Made by a program: the position numbers and the translations under genes. A DNA stretch of 64,000 bases from Synechococcus sp. (GTDB taxonomy: Bacteria > Cyanobacteriota > Cyanobacteriia > PCC-6307 > Cyanobiaceae), in contig JBJBEO010000001.1 of NCBI GenBank assembly GCA_047284725.1, positions 2,517,550 to 2,581,549 on the forward strand. Direction: 5' to 3'. Each line of letters begins with the position of its first letter. The first letter of the stretch is position 1. Of the stretch, positions 29,864-39,671 are shown piece by piece. A model generated the notes under the pieces. It was not told where the DNA came from and searched no databases. It saw only the letters and a list, made by a program, of their open reading frames with translations.

Positions 29864-30604
29864 TCAGGTGCGGTATTGCTGCTGCAATTGCTTGCAAGCC
29901 AGCTGCCTGCGTTCTCCGACTGGAAGGTTTTGGCTTAATTCCAGTAGCCAGCTCTGACTGCTTGGGGTGGCGATGCAACCCAGGGCGCGCAGAGCAGCAG
30001 CGGCCACGGTGTCGGACCCTGTGCCACTCAATTGCGCGAGGCGTTCACTGACCTCAGCTCCATCCCGGCGTTGCAGCAGCCGGATTGCCGCGAGCGCCAC
30101 GGGGTCTCGAAAGTCGTTGAGCAGTGGTTCGCAGAGTTGCAACAACGTGGTGTCGTTGAGTTGGTAAGCGTGGAAGCTGAGCAACTGCAGACCTGCGAGC
30201 CGAAGTTGCAGACCCGGCAAGCTCAAGGTGTGTTGGATCAATCCCAGCGGGAGTTCCCCTCCCCAACAGGCCAATGCCTGCAGCACCACCAGGGCTTGGT
30301 CGGCATCCAATTCGCTGTCGATCTCATCAAGCCGCTGAAGCAGCCAATCCCGGCTTTCCGGTTGATGGGTGAGCCCTGCGGCCAGGATCAATTCGTCTTG
30401 CACGCCGTGGCAAGCGATCAGCTCCTGCACGAGGGGCCAACCCGTTTCGGCCAACATGCCGATTTTCTCGGCGAGGGCCCGACGCAGCCCAAGAGAAAGG
30501 CTGGGAGAGTAAACCTCCCCCAGCCATTCGGGCTCCAGAGGAGCTCGTCGTGATGATTTGGAAAGCCGCTCCCAGAGAGCGGCTTCATGGACATCGCTGT
30601 GCAC
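29864..30604 (-). CDS. HEAT-repeat-like protein downstream of focA (NirX/NirB-like nitrite reductase accessory)
   Basis: Leu/Ala helical repeats (LRLAGLQLL, VALAAIRLL, VAAAALRALG); probably co-transcribed with focA; GTG 30604. Confidence 0.65.
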   Translation of the reverse strand: MHSDVHEAALWERLSKSSRRAPLEPEWLGEVYSPSLSLGLRRALAEKIGMLAETGWPLVQELIACHGVQDELILAAGLTHQPESRDWLLQRLDEIDSELDADQALVVLQALACWGGELPLGLIQHTLSLPGLQLRLAGLQLLSFHAYQLNDTTLLQLCEPLLNDFRDPVALAAIRLLQRRDGAEVSERLAQLSGTGSDTVAAAALRALGCIATPSSQSWLLELSQNLPVGERRQLACKQLQQQYRT

Positions 30605-30614
30605 GGAATCCTGA

Positions 30615-31577
30615 TCAGCGGGCACCGAGTTCGGCAGCCAGTTCACGCTCCAGCTTGTCATCGTGCTCGGTCGGCAGCACGTTCTCAACTTTGGTGCGGT
30701 GGGTGCTGTAGAAGAGCATGCCGATGAAGACCATGCCGCCCACAATGTTGCCCAGGGTGACAGGCAGCCAGTTCCAGAAAATCACTTGAAGAGGGCTCAC
30801 GCCGGAACCCAGAATCGGGCCCATGGTGTGCAGGAACTGGTTCACCACGATGTGCTCCATGCCCATCGTTTGGAAGGCGGTAATCGGCAGCCAGCAAGCC
30901 AGGATTTTGCCAGGCACGCTCTTGCTCACGAGTGCCATGGTCACGCCCAGGCACACCAGCCAGTTGGCAACAACTCCGCGCAGAAATGCGAGGAAAAAGC
31001 CCATGGAGCCAAGGTCCTGGTACTTCTTGACGACGTTGGCGATGTTGAGGTCGATGATTTTCTGAGCAACCTGCTGCCACATGCTGGCTTTGATGACGGT
31101 TGCATCACCGGCAACTGCAGCTGCTTTGGTCGCCGCTGCGGCAGCAGCAGCAGATAGAGGCTCAACATTGAAGCCGTTGGTGAGGCTGATGGCCATGATC
31201 ACGGCCACCACAGCGGTGCCGATCCAGTTGCCGAGCCAAACCCAAGCCCAGTTGCGGAAGGTGGCACCCCAGGTGCTTTTTCCGGCCCAGGTGGCCATGG
31301 GGAGCAGGGCAAAGTTGCCGGTGACCAGCTCCATGCCGAACAGCACGATGCTGGCGAAGCCGAAGGGGAAAAGTAGGGAGCCCACAAAGGGAGCTTTGAC
31401 GGTCAATCCCACGGTGAGAGCGAGGATCACGGCAAGGCCGAGAATCGCGCCGGAATAGAACCCACGCAGCAGGAGATTTTTAACGCTGACGGTGGCTTTT
31501 TTGCCGCCGGCGGCAATCATGCCGTCGACGAGCTCATTGGGTAGGACGTAGTCCATCTGTGAGGCAGAAACGCTCAT
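30615..31577 (-). CDS. focA: Formate/nitrite transporter (FNT; FocA/NitM)
   Basis: LFPFGF, GMELVTGN, GNWIG, ANWLVC, EHIVVN and VTLGNIVGG. Confidence 0.93.
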   Translation of the reverse strand: MSVSASQMDYVLPNELVDGMIAAGGKKATVSVKNLLLRGFYSGAILGLAVILALTVGLTVKAPFVGSLLFPFGFASIVLFGMELVTGNFALLPMATWAGKSTWGATFRNWAWVWLGNWIGTAVVAVIMAISLTNGFNVEPLSAAAAAAATKAAAVAGDATVIKASMWQQVAQKIIDLNIANVVKKYQDLGSMGFFLAFLRGVVANWLVCLGVTMALVSKSVPGKILACWLPITAFQTMGMEHIVVNQFLHTMGPILGSGVSPLQVIFWNWLPVTLGNIVGGMVFIGMLFYSTHRTKVENVLPTEHDDKLERELAAELGAR

Positions 31578-31819
31578 GTCGAGGTGAGAAAGAGTTTGAG
31601 GAGGGGAAGACGTGTTGTTCTCGCCTTTTGATCCAGCGATCAGCCGCTGATTTTGTTCATCAATTTGGAGAACACATCGCGCTGATTGGCGGGACGAACA
31701 ATCGGAGTCTTTTCACTGCCGCTTGCACTAAACCAATTGACGAAGCGGGAAAACAGATCGCGGTTTTGAGACATGGATCCTGTGGGGTGAGGGGAGGGGA
31801 GAGCGCTGAACGGCGAGCC

Positions 31820-31857
31820 AAAACAGCCATGGCTTCAAAAGAAAGCGCCACGGCCGT
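31820..31857 (-). terminator. Hairpin after the nirA stop (terminator or stabiliser)
   Basis: Minus strand ACGGCCGTGGC...GCCATGGCTGT-TT, an 11-bp stem with G-U pairs. Confidence 0.5.
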
Positions 31858-31868
31858 GGAAGGCGGAT

Positions 31869-33410
31869 TCAGCTGCGGGGTTTTGCGCCGTACTTCTCGA
31901 TCAGGAGTTGCTTCAACACGCCATGAATGTCTTCCGCGGGAACGGCTTTTTGATGCAGTTCACCGATCTGGGGGTCGGCGCCCTGAGAGCCGCCCACGGT
32001 GAGGGTGTAGCCCTCACCCATCACGCCGTCTTTGTTTTTGGCTTTGGTTCCAGTGAGGCCGATGGCGCCCATATAGGCCTGGCCGCAGCTGTTGGGGCAG
32101 CCGGTCCAGTGGATCTTCAGCTCTTCGGGCAGTTCCAGTTCCGCATCGAGTTTTTTGGCGATGTCCGCTGCCTGGTCTTTGGTGTTCACCAAGGCGAAAT
32201 GGCAATAGGAGCTGCCTGTGCAGGAGACGGTGCCAGCGGAGACAGCACCGGGTTCCAACGGGAAGCGTTGGAGGAGTGCATCGCTCTGGAGGGCCTCAAG
32301 TTTGTCGTTGGGCAAGCCCACCAGGATCACGTTTTGATCTTCGGTGAGGCGCACCTCGCCGTTTCCGTAATTGAGGCTTGCGGTGGCGAGGTCTTGAAGA
32401 TCCTCAGCAGTGAGCCGCCCGACGGGAACGTGCAATCCGGCGTAGTGGAGCCCCTCCTGTTTCTGGGCATGAATGCCGTAGTGGGAACGGGGGGTTTCGT
32501 CGAAGACCGAGCCGGGGTCTGGGGTCAGCGGACCGAAGATCTCCTCCACCATCGAGCGGAAGGCCTCAAGGCCCACCTGATCGAGGTACATCCGGAAGCG
32601 TCCCTTGGGGCGCTTGTCACGCTCTCCGTTGTCCCGCCAAGGGCGAATCACCGCGTCGGTGATTTTACAGAGTTCATCAGGCTTGACCCAGGCATTGAGG
32701 GGCAAGGCGTAGGCATTCATCTGCGATGACAGGACGCCGCCGATCCAGACCCCGAAGCCCAGCTCACCGTTGTTTTCAACGGGGTGGAAGATGATGTCGT
32801 TGTGGAGCAGGAAGTTGTCCTTGGCCCCTGCAACAGCGGTGTTCCACTTGCGCGGCAGATTGGAATATTCGGAGTTCCCTTCTTCGTTGTTGGTCAGGAA
32901 GTTGTTCAGTTCACGGGTGTAAGGACGGGTGTCAACGATCTCCTGGGGATCGATGCCAGCAAGAGGGTTGCCGGTGACGTTGCGTGGGTTGTCAAAGCCC
33001 GACTGAATCGTGCTTAATCCAGCTTCTTTGAGGCGCTTGAGGATTTCTGGAAGATCATTGAGCAGCACGCCGCGCAGCTGCAGGTTCTGGCGGGTGGTGA
33101 TATCGCAGCTACCGTTTTCGCCGTAGCGCTCAACGATGGAACCCACAACGCGCAGTTGCTGGGCGCTGAGAATGCCGTTGGGAACGCGCAAGCGCAGCAT
33201 GAACTTGCCAGGCGTCTTGGGTCGCCAGAACATCCCGTACCACTTCAGTCGCAGTTGCAGATCCGTTTCGTCCACCTGCTCCCAGCCCATTTCGGCAAAT
33301 TTGTCGATCTCGCTGCCGACAAGCAGGCCATCTTTATTGGCTTTGTTCTGCTCAATTTTGTTGAGCTTTTTGCCTTCCAGATAAGGGCGTGAGAGAGCGC
33401 TGCTGGTCAT
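31869..33410 (-). CDS. nirA: Ferredoxin-nitrite reductase
   Basis: FMLRLRVP, ITTRQNLQ, NLPRKWN, CTGSSYC and TGCPNSC. Confidence 0.97.
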   Translation of the reverse strand: MTSSALSRPYLEGKKLNKIEQNKANKDGLLVGSEIDKFAEMGWEQVDETDLQLRLKWYGMFWRPKTPGKFMLRLRVPNGILSAQQLRVVGSIVERYGENGSCDITTRQNLQLRGVLLNDLPEILKRLKEAGLSTIQSGFDNPRNVTGNPLAGIDPQEIVDTRPYTRELNNFLTNNEEGNSEYSNLPRKWNTAVAGAKDNFLLHNDIIFHPVENNGELGFGVWIGGVLSSQMNAYALPLNAWVKPDELCKITDAVIRPWRDNGERDKRPKGRFRMYLDQVGLEAFRSMVEEIFGPLTPDPGSVFDETPRSHYGIHAQKQEGLHYAGLHVPVGRLTAEDLQDLATASLNYGNGEVRLTEDQNVILVGLPNDKLEALQSDALLQRFPLEPGAVSAGTVSCTGSSYCHFALVNTKDQAADIAKKLDAELELPEELKIHWTGCPNSCGQAYMGAIGLTGTKAKNKDGVMGEGYTLTVGGSQGADPQIGELHQKAVPAEDIHGVLKQLLIEKYGAKPRS

Positions 33411-33449
33411 GGTGAAGGGGGTAAAGGTGAAGGGGGTAAAGGGGATAAA
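33411..33449 (-). repeat. 15-bp tandem duplication abutting the nirA ATG
   Basis: Plus strand (GGTGAAGGGGGTAAA)x2 followed by GGGGATAAA. Confidence 0.85.
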
Positions 33450-33555
33450 GATTGGAAGTGAGGTGGATCGGGGCGGCCCGTTTCAGTGTCTGCAGCACCT
33501 CAACATCCGAGAGCGCTGGTAGGGGTTCTCTAGCGATCAGCCGTGGTGCATTTCG

Positions 33556-33612
33556 GTAACAGATGGAACCAAAATCGATGGACTTTGACTCGAATTTGGT
33601 GCCTGTTGATAC
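33556..33612. promoter_or_regulatory. Two NtcA-like boxes upstream of nirA
   Basis: GTA-ACAGATGG-AAC (33556-33569) and GTG-CCTGTTGA-TAC (33599-33612). Confidence 0.6.
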
Positions 33613-33667
33613 ATGCAAAGTTGCGGCAATCTGCATTGGCAACCCAATGCGGGAGCTCAGGCTGCGC

Positions 33668-34234
33668 TCAGTACTGGCGTCCGACTTCGCCCAGCATGCG
33701 AACGGCTCCCTGGCGAATCATTGACCACACCTTGCCCATCGCTTCCAGGTCTTGGTCAAGTTCGGAGCGTCCGCGGCTTTGGCCGTAGGGCTCACGCGAA
33801 TTCCAGGCGTCTGGTTGGCGATAGCTGTCATCGGCATCGTTGGAATAACGACGGTTGTCCATCCGCTCGTCCCAATGGCTGTCGTGGGCGTCATGGCTGT
33901 CGTACGCATTGCTGAAGCGGCGGCTGTCGTCCATCCGTTGGTCCCGATAGCGGTCGTCGTGGTCGCCGAAGCCGCTGTGCTTGATGTGCTGCGCGTGTTC
34001 GATCTCGTATCTGCTGGTTTGGAAGTGGTCAGCGTGGTGCTCGTCGTCGTAATCGGATCTGAAGGATGGTCTGACGGGCTCTTCAAGGCTGTTGTCGTCG
34101 CGATAGCTCTCACGCTCCCAGTGTTCCTCACGGCGCCCACTTGTGCTGGCACTGGATGCGCGGCTGCGTCTCGAGCTGGCTTGGATGGCCAGACGGCGTT
34201 GGGTTTGCTCCGGGCGGCGACGCTGACTCGTCAT
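33668..34234 (-). CDS. Hypothetical D/H/R/S-rich low-complexity protein with internal repeat
   Basis: 188-aa ORF with a probable helical C-terminus ELDQDLEAMGKVWSMIRQGAVRMLGEVGRQY. Confidence 0.7.
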   Translation of the reverse strand: MTSQRRRPEQTQRRLAIQASSRRSRASSASTSGRREEHWERESYRDDNSLEEPVRPSFRSDYDDEHHADHFQTSRYEIEHAQHIKHSGFGDHDDRYRDQRMDDSRRFSNAYDSHDAHDSHWDERMDNRRYSNDADDSYRQPDAWNSREPYGQSRGRSELDQDLEAMGKVWSMIRQGAVRMLGEVGRQY

Positions 34235-34294
34235 GATGCAGATCGATATGGCTAATGATTCACAGACTTCATCAGCTCAGGGGGCCCAGCATCC

Positions 34295-34308
34295 GTGGCG
34301 GTTGTTAC
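34295..34308. promoter_or_regulatory. NtcA-like box in a divergent promoter
   Basis: GTG-GCGGTTGT-TAC. Confidence 0.45.
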
Positions 34309-34343
34309 GGAAGCCCGCTTTTTTGTGTCCATCGCCACGGGGC

Positions 34344-34970
34344 GTGGACGCTTCCGTCGTTCATTCCCCAACGGTTTTGCGCCTGGTGGTGCATGGGCGC
34401 AGTGGTGGAGAAATTCCTGGTTGCTTGGTGGATTTTGCGCAGGAGCTGGCCGCACAGCGCCAGGGGCCGGTGGAGCTGGAAGCGCTCACGGCAGAGCCCC
34501 CTCCGACCCAACCGGGCAGGCGCTATTGGTTGATGCCCTTGCTGTTGTTGCCGGGCAGCCATGCCCGATCGGATCTGCCGCAGATTCGCGAGCGGATGCG
34601 CCGCGCAGGGGCCGAGGTCACCATGGTGCCTTTTCTCGGGGCCTGGCCCCAATGGTGGGATTTGTTGCGGGGCTGGATCGAGGCTGGCAAGGCTGATGGG
34701 CAAAGGGTGGTGGTGGTGCACCACCCTTTGCGGCCTGGATTGGCCAGCCGCTATCTGTCGTTGTTGGGAGCCCAGCTGGGATGCGGTTTGGTGTCTGCTG
34801 ATACCTGGGAGGTGCACGCCAGGCAGCATCCTTCCGCCTGTCCCCTTCCTCTGGCCCTCGCTCCAAACCGCATGGCGGAGGCGTTGCGGCAGGCTGGTGG
34901 ATTGCCCTCGCTGCTGGACGATGCACAGCTGCGTTCCGGTCTGATTTCCCTTCTTTCTCTCCTCCCGTGA
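34344..34970 (+). CDS. CbiX/SirB-like sirohydrochlorin chelatase; start uncertain
   Basis: LVVHGRSGG and PLLLLPGSHARSDLP; GTGA-coupled to cobA. Confidence 0.75.
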   Translation: MDASVVHSPTVLRLVVHGRSGGEIPGCLVDFAQELAAQRQGPVELEALTAEPPPTQPGRRYWLMPLLLLPGSHARSDLPQIRERMRRAGAEVTMVPFLGAWPQWWDLLRGWIEAGKADGQRVVVVHHPLRPGLASRYLSLLGAQLGCGLVSADTWEVHARQHPSACPLPLALAPNRMAEALRQAGGLPSLLDDAQLRSGLISLLSLLP

Positions 34971-35782
34971 CTGATTCCTCTGCGGACCTTGTTGCATCTG
35001 AGGGCACAGCTGCACGAACCGTGTATCTGGTGGGAGCAGGACCCGGAGATCCTGAGTTGCTCACCCTGAAGGCCCATCGGCTGCTGGAATGCTGCGACGC
35101 CCTGGTCTACGACTCGCTGGTGCCGAAAGAGGTGCTCGATCTGGTGCCAGAAGGCTGTGAGCGTCATTTCGTGGGCAAGCGTCGCGGTCACCATTCGGTG
35201 CCCCAGCCGAGCACGAATGCGGTGTTGGTGGAGCTCGCTCAGCGCCATTCCTGTGTGGTGCGTCTCAAGGGAGGGGACCCTTTTCTGTTTGGTCGCGGTG
35301 GAGAAGAAGCTGCTCACCTCACGGCCCGGGGTGTTGCCGTGGAGGTGGTGCCGGGTGTGACTTCAGGCATTGCGGCCCCTGCTTACGCCGGTATCCCTGT
35401 GACCCATCGCCGGGCCGGCTCATCCGTCACGTTCGTGACCGGTCATGAGGAGATCGATAAGCGTCGCCCTTCGGTGAACTGGCGTGCTCTGGCCACCGCG
35501 AGCGATGGTCTGGTGATTTACATGGGCTTGCACAATCTCCCGCGCATTGCTGACGAGCTGATGGCGGGTGGATTAGCGGCAGAGACTCCTGTGGCGTTGA
35601 TTCAGCAGGGCACCGTGGAGGGTCAGCGTTGCCTCACTTCCACCCTGACGTCGGTCGCGGAGGAGGCACGGGCCCAGGCTTTTGCTTCCCCTTCCATCGT
35701 GGTGGTGGGTGAGGTGGTGAATCAGCGCATCTCGGCCTGCTCCCCCCAACCGGCTCCTGTCACCATGCCCATCCCGTTTTAG
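34967..35782 (+). CDS. cobA: Uroporphyrinogen-III C-methyltransferase
   Basis: LVGAGPGDPELLTLKA, VRLKGGDPFLFGRGGEE and GIPVTHR. Confidence 0.95.
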   Translation: MTDSSADLVASEGTAARTVYLVGAGPGDPELLTLKAHRLLECCDALVYDSLVPKEVLDLVPEGCERHFVGKRRGHHSVPQPSTNAVLVELAQRHSCVVRLKGGDPFLFGRGGEEAAHLTARGVAVEVVPGVTSGIAAPAYAGIPVTHRRAGSSVTFVTGHEEIDKRRPSVNWRALATASDGLVIYMGLHNLPRIADELMAGGLAAETPVALIQQGTVEGQRCLTSTLTSVAEEARAQAFASPSIVVVGEVVNQRISACSPQPAPVTMPIPF

Positions 35783-36300
35783 GGATTGGCTGGTTTGTCT
35801 GCTGGCTCCCGCAGCCGTGGCATCAGTTGCGCCAGGTTGCAGGGACGGGTGTCGGCATTCAGCTGAGCCTGAATCAAGCGTGCCCAGGCGGTTTGAACCG
35901 CATCCAGAGATCCAGGCAGCACAAACACAATCGTGCCGTTGGCAACGCCGGCCAGGCAGCGGCTCTGCAGGGTGCTGGTGCCGATGGTCTCGAAGGACAG
36001 CACCCGGAAGAGTTCTCCAAAGCCTTCGATGTGTTTGTCCAGCAGCGGCTGGATGGCTTCGGGGGTTCCATCCCTGCCGGTCAGTCCTGTTCCGCCGCTG
36101 GTGATCACCACATCGACGCTGTCTGAGGCGATCCACTGGCTCACTACCGCCCGCACCCGGTAGCGGTCATCCGGACAGATGCTGCGTTCCGCCAAGGCAT
36201 GACCGGCCTGTTGGAGTTGATCCTGGAGGCAGTCACCGCTGGGATCATCGGCGAGGGTGCGGCGATCCGACACCGTGAGCAGGGCGATTCGAAGGGTCAG
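35779..36300 (-). CDS. moaB: Molybdopterin adenylyltransferase MoaB/Mog (probable CTG start)
   Basis: (M)TLRIALLTVSD, TSGGTGLTGRDGTPEA, GFGELFR and LPGS. Confidence 0.9.
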   Translation of the reverse strand: MTLRIALLTVSDRRTLADDPSGDCLQDQLQQAGHALAERSICPDDRYRVRAVVSQWIASDSVDVVITSGGTGLTGRDGTPEAIQPLLDKHIEGFGELFRVLSFETIGTSTLQSRCLAGVANGTIVFVLPGSLDAVQTAWARLIQAQLNADTRPCNLAQLMPRLREPADKPANP

Positions 36301-36359
36301 GGCCGGCGGTTGTGGCTGGGGTGGACGCTAAAACCAACCTGGACCTGCTGGAGTTGGGG

Positions 36360-36614
36360 ATGGCGCAGAACGATGGGGGCTCCGTGAAGGTGTTGTTGTT
36401 TGCGGCTCTTCGTGATCAGGCGGGCTGGGAAGAGCGACGGCTGCCCTTGCCATCGGCGGGCACCACTTCAGCCCTGGATCTGTGGTCGTCCTTGGGTCTG
36501 GGGCCTTGGTCGGATTCGTTGCGGGTGGCGGTGAATCAAGTGCTGGTGGATCCGCAATCGTCTGTGGTTGCAGGGGATGAACTGGCCTTTCTGCCCCCAT
36601 TCACCGGTGGTTGA
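36360..36614 (+). CDS. moaD: Molybdopterin synthase sulfur carrier
   Basis: VLLFAALRD, VAVNQ and C-terminal PPFTGG. Confidence 0.9.
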   Translation: MAQNDGGSVKVLLFAALRDQAGWEERRLPLPSAGTTSALDLWSSLGLGPWSDSLRVAVNQVLVDPQSSVVAGDELAFLPPFTGG

Positions 36615-36615
36615 G

Positions 36616-37077
36616 ATGGCGATACAGCGGCAGGTGCAGGGGAGCGGGGGAGCCTTTGTGGAGGTGGTGATTCACCCGCAGCCCTTCAACCCCTGGTCGG
36701 TTTTGGCGGATTGGTTGCCAGAAGCTGCTGCAAGCGCTGTGTTCCTCGGTCGGGTGCGTCCGGAGGATCAACGGGGCAATGGGCTCGACGCTCTGGAATT
36801 GGTTCATTACCCGGGCATGTGTGAGCAACGGATTCGCGATGACGCCGAGCGGTTGCGCCAGCAGCATGGAGCTGATCGCGTGTTGGTGCTGCACCGGGTT
36901 GGCAAGCTCCCTCCTGGCGAACCGATCGTGCTCGTTGCTGTCACGGCGGATCGACGCGGTGTGGCTCAACGCTGTTGTGCTGCGGTGCTGGAAGCGCTGA
37001 AACACGACGCCCCGTTCTGGAAACGGGAATGGCGCGGGGGGCAAGGCACCTGGGTGGAGGCCAATACGCCGCTTTAG
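36616..37077 (+). CDS. moaE: Molybdopterin synthase catalytic subunit
   Basis: FLGRVR, HYPGM, LHRVG and LKHDAPFWKRE. Confidence 0.93.
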   Translation: MAIQRQVQGSGGAFVEVVIHPQPFNPWSVLADWLPEAAASAVFLGRVRPEDQRGNGLDALELVHYPGMCEQRIRDDAERLRQQHGADRVLVLHRVGKLPPGEPIVLVAVTADRRGVAQRCCAAVLEALKHDAPFWKREWRGGQGTWVEANTPL

Positions 37078-37084
37078 GGCAGGT

Positions 37085-38341
37085 TCAGAACAGGCTGCGG
37101 CGCAGCAGCTGAGCCCAGAGCTGGCTTCCGGCCTCCAGTGGTCCTGCGTCAGCGGGAATCTCCAGCAGCAGGTCGGCGCCCTGGAGGGAACCGATGCGCG
37201 ATGACGCTTGTGACCCGTCGATGCGGGCGCGTAAGCGGCCATCACTGGTGATCTCCAGTCGGGCACGGGCCAGCTCCGGTCGTCCCGGTCGCCGTTTGTA
37301 GAGATCCCCCAGCTCCACCTGGATGCGGGGAAACAACTCGGGGGTTTGCTGCCCTTCAAGGCGTTGCAGCGCCGGCCATAGCAGTTGCAGCGCGGTGATC
37401 GCTGCCGCCACAGGATTGCCCGGTAACCCGAAAAAGGGCACGTGGTCGCCGATCCAGCCAAAGGCGAAGGGGCGACCCGGCTTCAGGAACAGCTTCCAGA
37501 AGTTCACTTCCCCGAGTTCAGCCACCAGAGGGCGGATCCAGTCGCTGTCGCCGGCGGAGACGCCCCCCGTGGTCACCACCACATCGCAGAGAGTCGCGAG
37601 GTCGCGCAAGGCGTGCCGCAATGCCTCCGGTTGATCGGGTGCGACGCGTTTGTGCTGGATGCTGTAGCCGAGTTGCTGCAACATCGCCTCCAGCAGGGTG
37701 CTGTTGCTTTCCCAGATCGCTCCTTCCGGTCGTCGTTCCCCGGGAGGGATCAATTCATCGCCGCTCACCAACAGACCAATGCGTGGTTTTGGGCTCACGG
37801 TGAGTCTGGAAACACCGCACCCGGCCAGGCGACCGAGATCGGCAGCCCTGAGGCGTACCCCAGCGGGCAGCAGGCTGTCGCCGCTGCGGCACTCTTCATC
37901 GGCAGGTCGGATCCAGGGTGATGGCGAGGCGTCTCGCGCCAGGGTGATGGCTTCGGAGGAGGCCTCCACCAGTTCTTGCGGCAGAACCCAGTCGGCACCG
38001 GGAGGTAAGGGGGCTCCGGTGAGAATGCGGATTGCCTCGCCCGGATTCAGGGTTCCAGGGAAGGGGCTGCCGGCTGCGGACCGGCCTTTGAGGTTCCACT
38101 GATCCCCCACTTGGGGTTGATGGGCCTGCCCCAGGGCGTAGCCATCCATGACCGAGGCGCGAAACCCCGGCACTGCGGCTGTGGCTTTGACGATGCTGCA
38201 GTTGACGCGGCCCAGGCAATCGGCGAGGGGCAGGGTCTCTTCACCGCGTTGCAGGCTGGATGGCAGCGCATTCAGCAGCCGTTGGCGGGCCTGATCGAGG
38301 GGGAGACCCTCGCGGCCATAGGGTTCAGCGGGTCCAGACAC
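37085..38341 (-). CDS. moeA: Molybdopterin molybdotransferase
   Basis: [29 protein letters not shown] and GLPGNP. Confidence 0.95.
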   Translation of the reverse strand: MSGPAEPYGREGLPLDQARQRLLNALPSSLQRGEETLPLADCLGRVNCSIVKATAAVPGFRASVMDGYALGQAHQPQVGDQWNLKGRSAAGSPFPGTLNPGEAIRILTGAPLPPGADWVLPQELVEASSEAITLARDASPSPWIRPADEECRSGDSLLPAGVRLRAADLGRLAGCGVSRLTVSPKPRIGLLVSGDELIPPGERRPEGAIWESNSTLLEAMLQQLGYSIQHKRVAPDQPEALRHALRDLATLCDVVVTTGGVSAGDSDWIRPLVAELGEVNFWKLFLKPGRPFAFGWIGDHVPFFGLPGNPVAAAITALQLLWPALQRLEGQQTPELFPRIQVELGDLYKRRPGRPELARARLEITSDGRLRARIDGSQASSRIGSLQGADLLLEIPADAGPLEAGSQLWAQLLRRSLF

Positions 38342-38801
38342 CGTTGCGCCCCCCTGCTTTGCGCACCAATCGAATCTCGCTGAGGGTCATGCCTGGGTCG
38401 ACGGCTTTGAGCATGTCGTAAAGGGTCAGTAGTCCTACCGACACGGCGGTCATCGCTTCCATTTCCACGCCGGTCTGGTTGGTGGTGCGGCAGCAACAGG
38501 TGATGGTGAGCCCTGGCAGCTGCCCATCCGGTTTGATGGTCACCTCCATGCCGCTGAGGGGTAGGGGGTGACAAAGGGGGATCAGCTCCCAGGTGCGCTT
38601 GGCGGCTTGGATCGCCGCCACGCGGGCGACCGCCAACACATCCCCTTTCGGGGTTTCGCCCCGCTCGATCAAGCCAAGGGTGGCTGCATCCATGCGGATG
38701 CAGCCCTGAGCGATGGCTTCACGTTTGGTGGCTGGGCGGTCGCCCACCTCCACCATGTGCACCTCTCCGTCTTGATTGAGGTGACTGAGGGTCTCACCCA
38801 T
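38325..38801 (-). CDS. moaC: Cyclic pyranopterin monophosphate synthase
   Basis: [25 protein letters not shown] and YDMLKAVD. Confidence 0.96.
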   Translation of the reverse strand: MGETLSHLNQDGEVHMVEVGDRPATKREAIAQGCIRMDAATLGLIERGETPKGDVLAVARVAAIQAAKRTWELIPLCHPLPLSGMEVTIKPDGQLPGLTITCCCRTTNQTGVEMEAMTAVSVGLLTLYDMLKAVDPGMTLSEIRLVRKAGGRNGVWTR

Positions 38802-38839
38802 CTGTGGATGGTGGTCACAGTTGAAATCAGCCTGGCAGA

Positions 38840-39595
38840 TCAGAGCAGGGTGACGGTGCCTGAATGAATGTCGAAATAGCTCGCCACGATCTTGAGTTGG
38901 CCCTTTTTCACGGCATCTGCAAGAACAGTGCTGCGTTGGGGGAGTTGCTGGGCGGTGTAACGCGCGTTGCCTTTCACCGCCGCTTCCAGGTCTTCCCCTG
39001 GGGTGAGGCTGGAGCGGATCGGCGTGACCAGTTGTTCCAGCAGAGGGGTCAGAGGCGCGTCATTCCGTGCTGCTTTCACGGCGCCGCAGCCGCTGTGGCC
39101 CATCACCATGATCAGGGGTGTGTTCAGCGCAGACACCGTGAACTCCATCGAGGCGATGGCGTCATCGAATGCGGTGTTGCCTGCACTGCGGACAACGAAC
39201 AGATCGGAGGGGGCTGCATCGAACACCCATTCCGGTGAGACGCGCGAATCGGCACAGCTGAGGATCCCTGCCCAGGGAGCCTGACCTGTGGAGAGAACGT
39301 CAGCTGAGAGGAAACAGTCGTGTTGCCAAAGCCCTGCCATCGCTTCTGCTCTGGCGGCCATGGTGGTGGCTTGATTCTTTCTTTCCCAGGCAGTCACGAA
39401 GCGCTTGTTCCCGTCCATCAGGGTGGCGAGTGGATCCTCAGGTCGGCACGACCTGGGGTTCTCGTCAGCAGGGATTGTTAAGTTCGCGAGATCAGTGATC
39501 GGAGCCGCTTCGGCTTTCGCCGACTCGCCCAAGCCGGAGCTGATCAGCCCGGCAGCGGTCAAGCCGCTACCCAACAGAAACGATCGTCGGTTCAT
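38840..39595 (-). CDS. Beta-carbonic anhydrase with Tat signal peptide
   Basis: MNRRSFLL twin-arginine motif and AKA cleavage site; CADSR, RSAGN and GHSGCGAV Zn ligands. Confidence 0.9.
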   Translation of the reverse strand: MNRRSFLLGSGLTAAGLISSGLGESAKAEAAPITDLANLTIPADENPRSCRPEDPLATLMDGNKRFVTAWERKNQATTMAARAEAMAGLWQHDCFLSADVLSTGQAPWAGILSCADSRVSPEWVFDAAPSDLFVVRSAGNTAFDDAIASMEFTVSALNTPLIMVMGHSGCGAVKAARNDAPLTPLLEQLVTPIRSSLTPGEDLEAAVKGNARYTAQQLPQRSTVLADAVKKGQLKIVASYFDIHSGTVTLL

Positions 39596-39671
39596 GCCTC
39601 CACCCCACGTCTGCAGGCTTTGCGGACGCTAGTCACCATCTGTCGTGTGGAGGGGCCTTCGCCTTGGGGAT

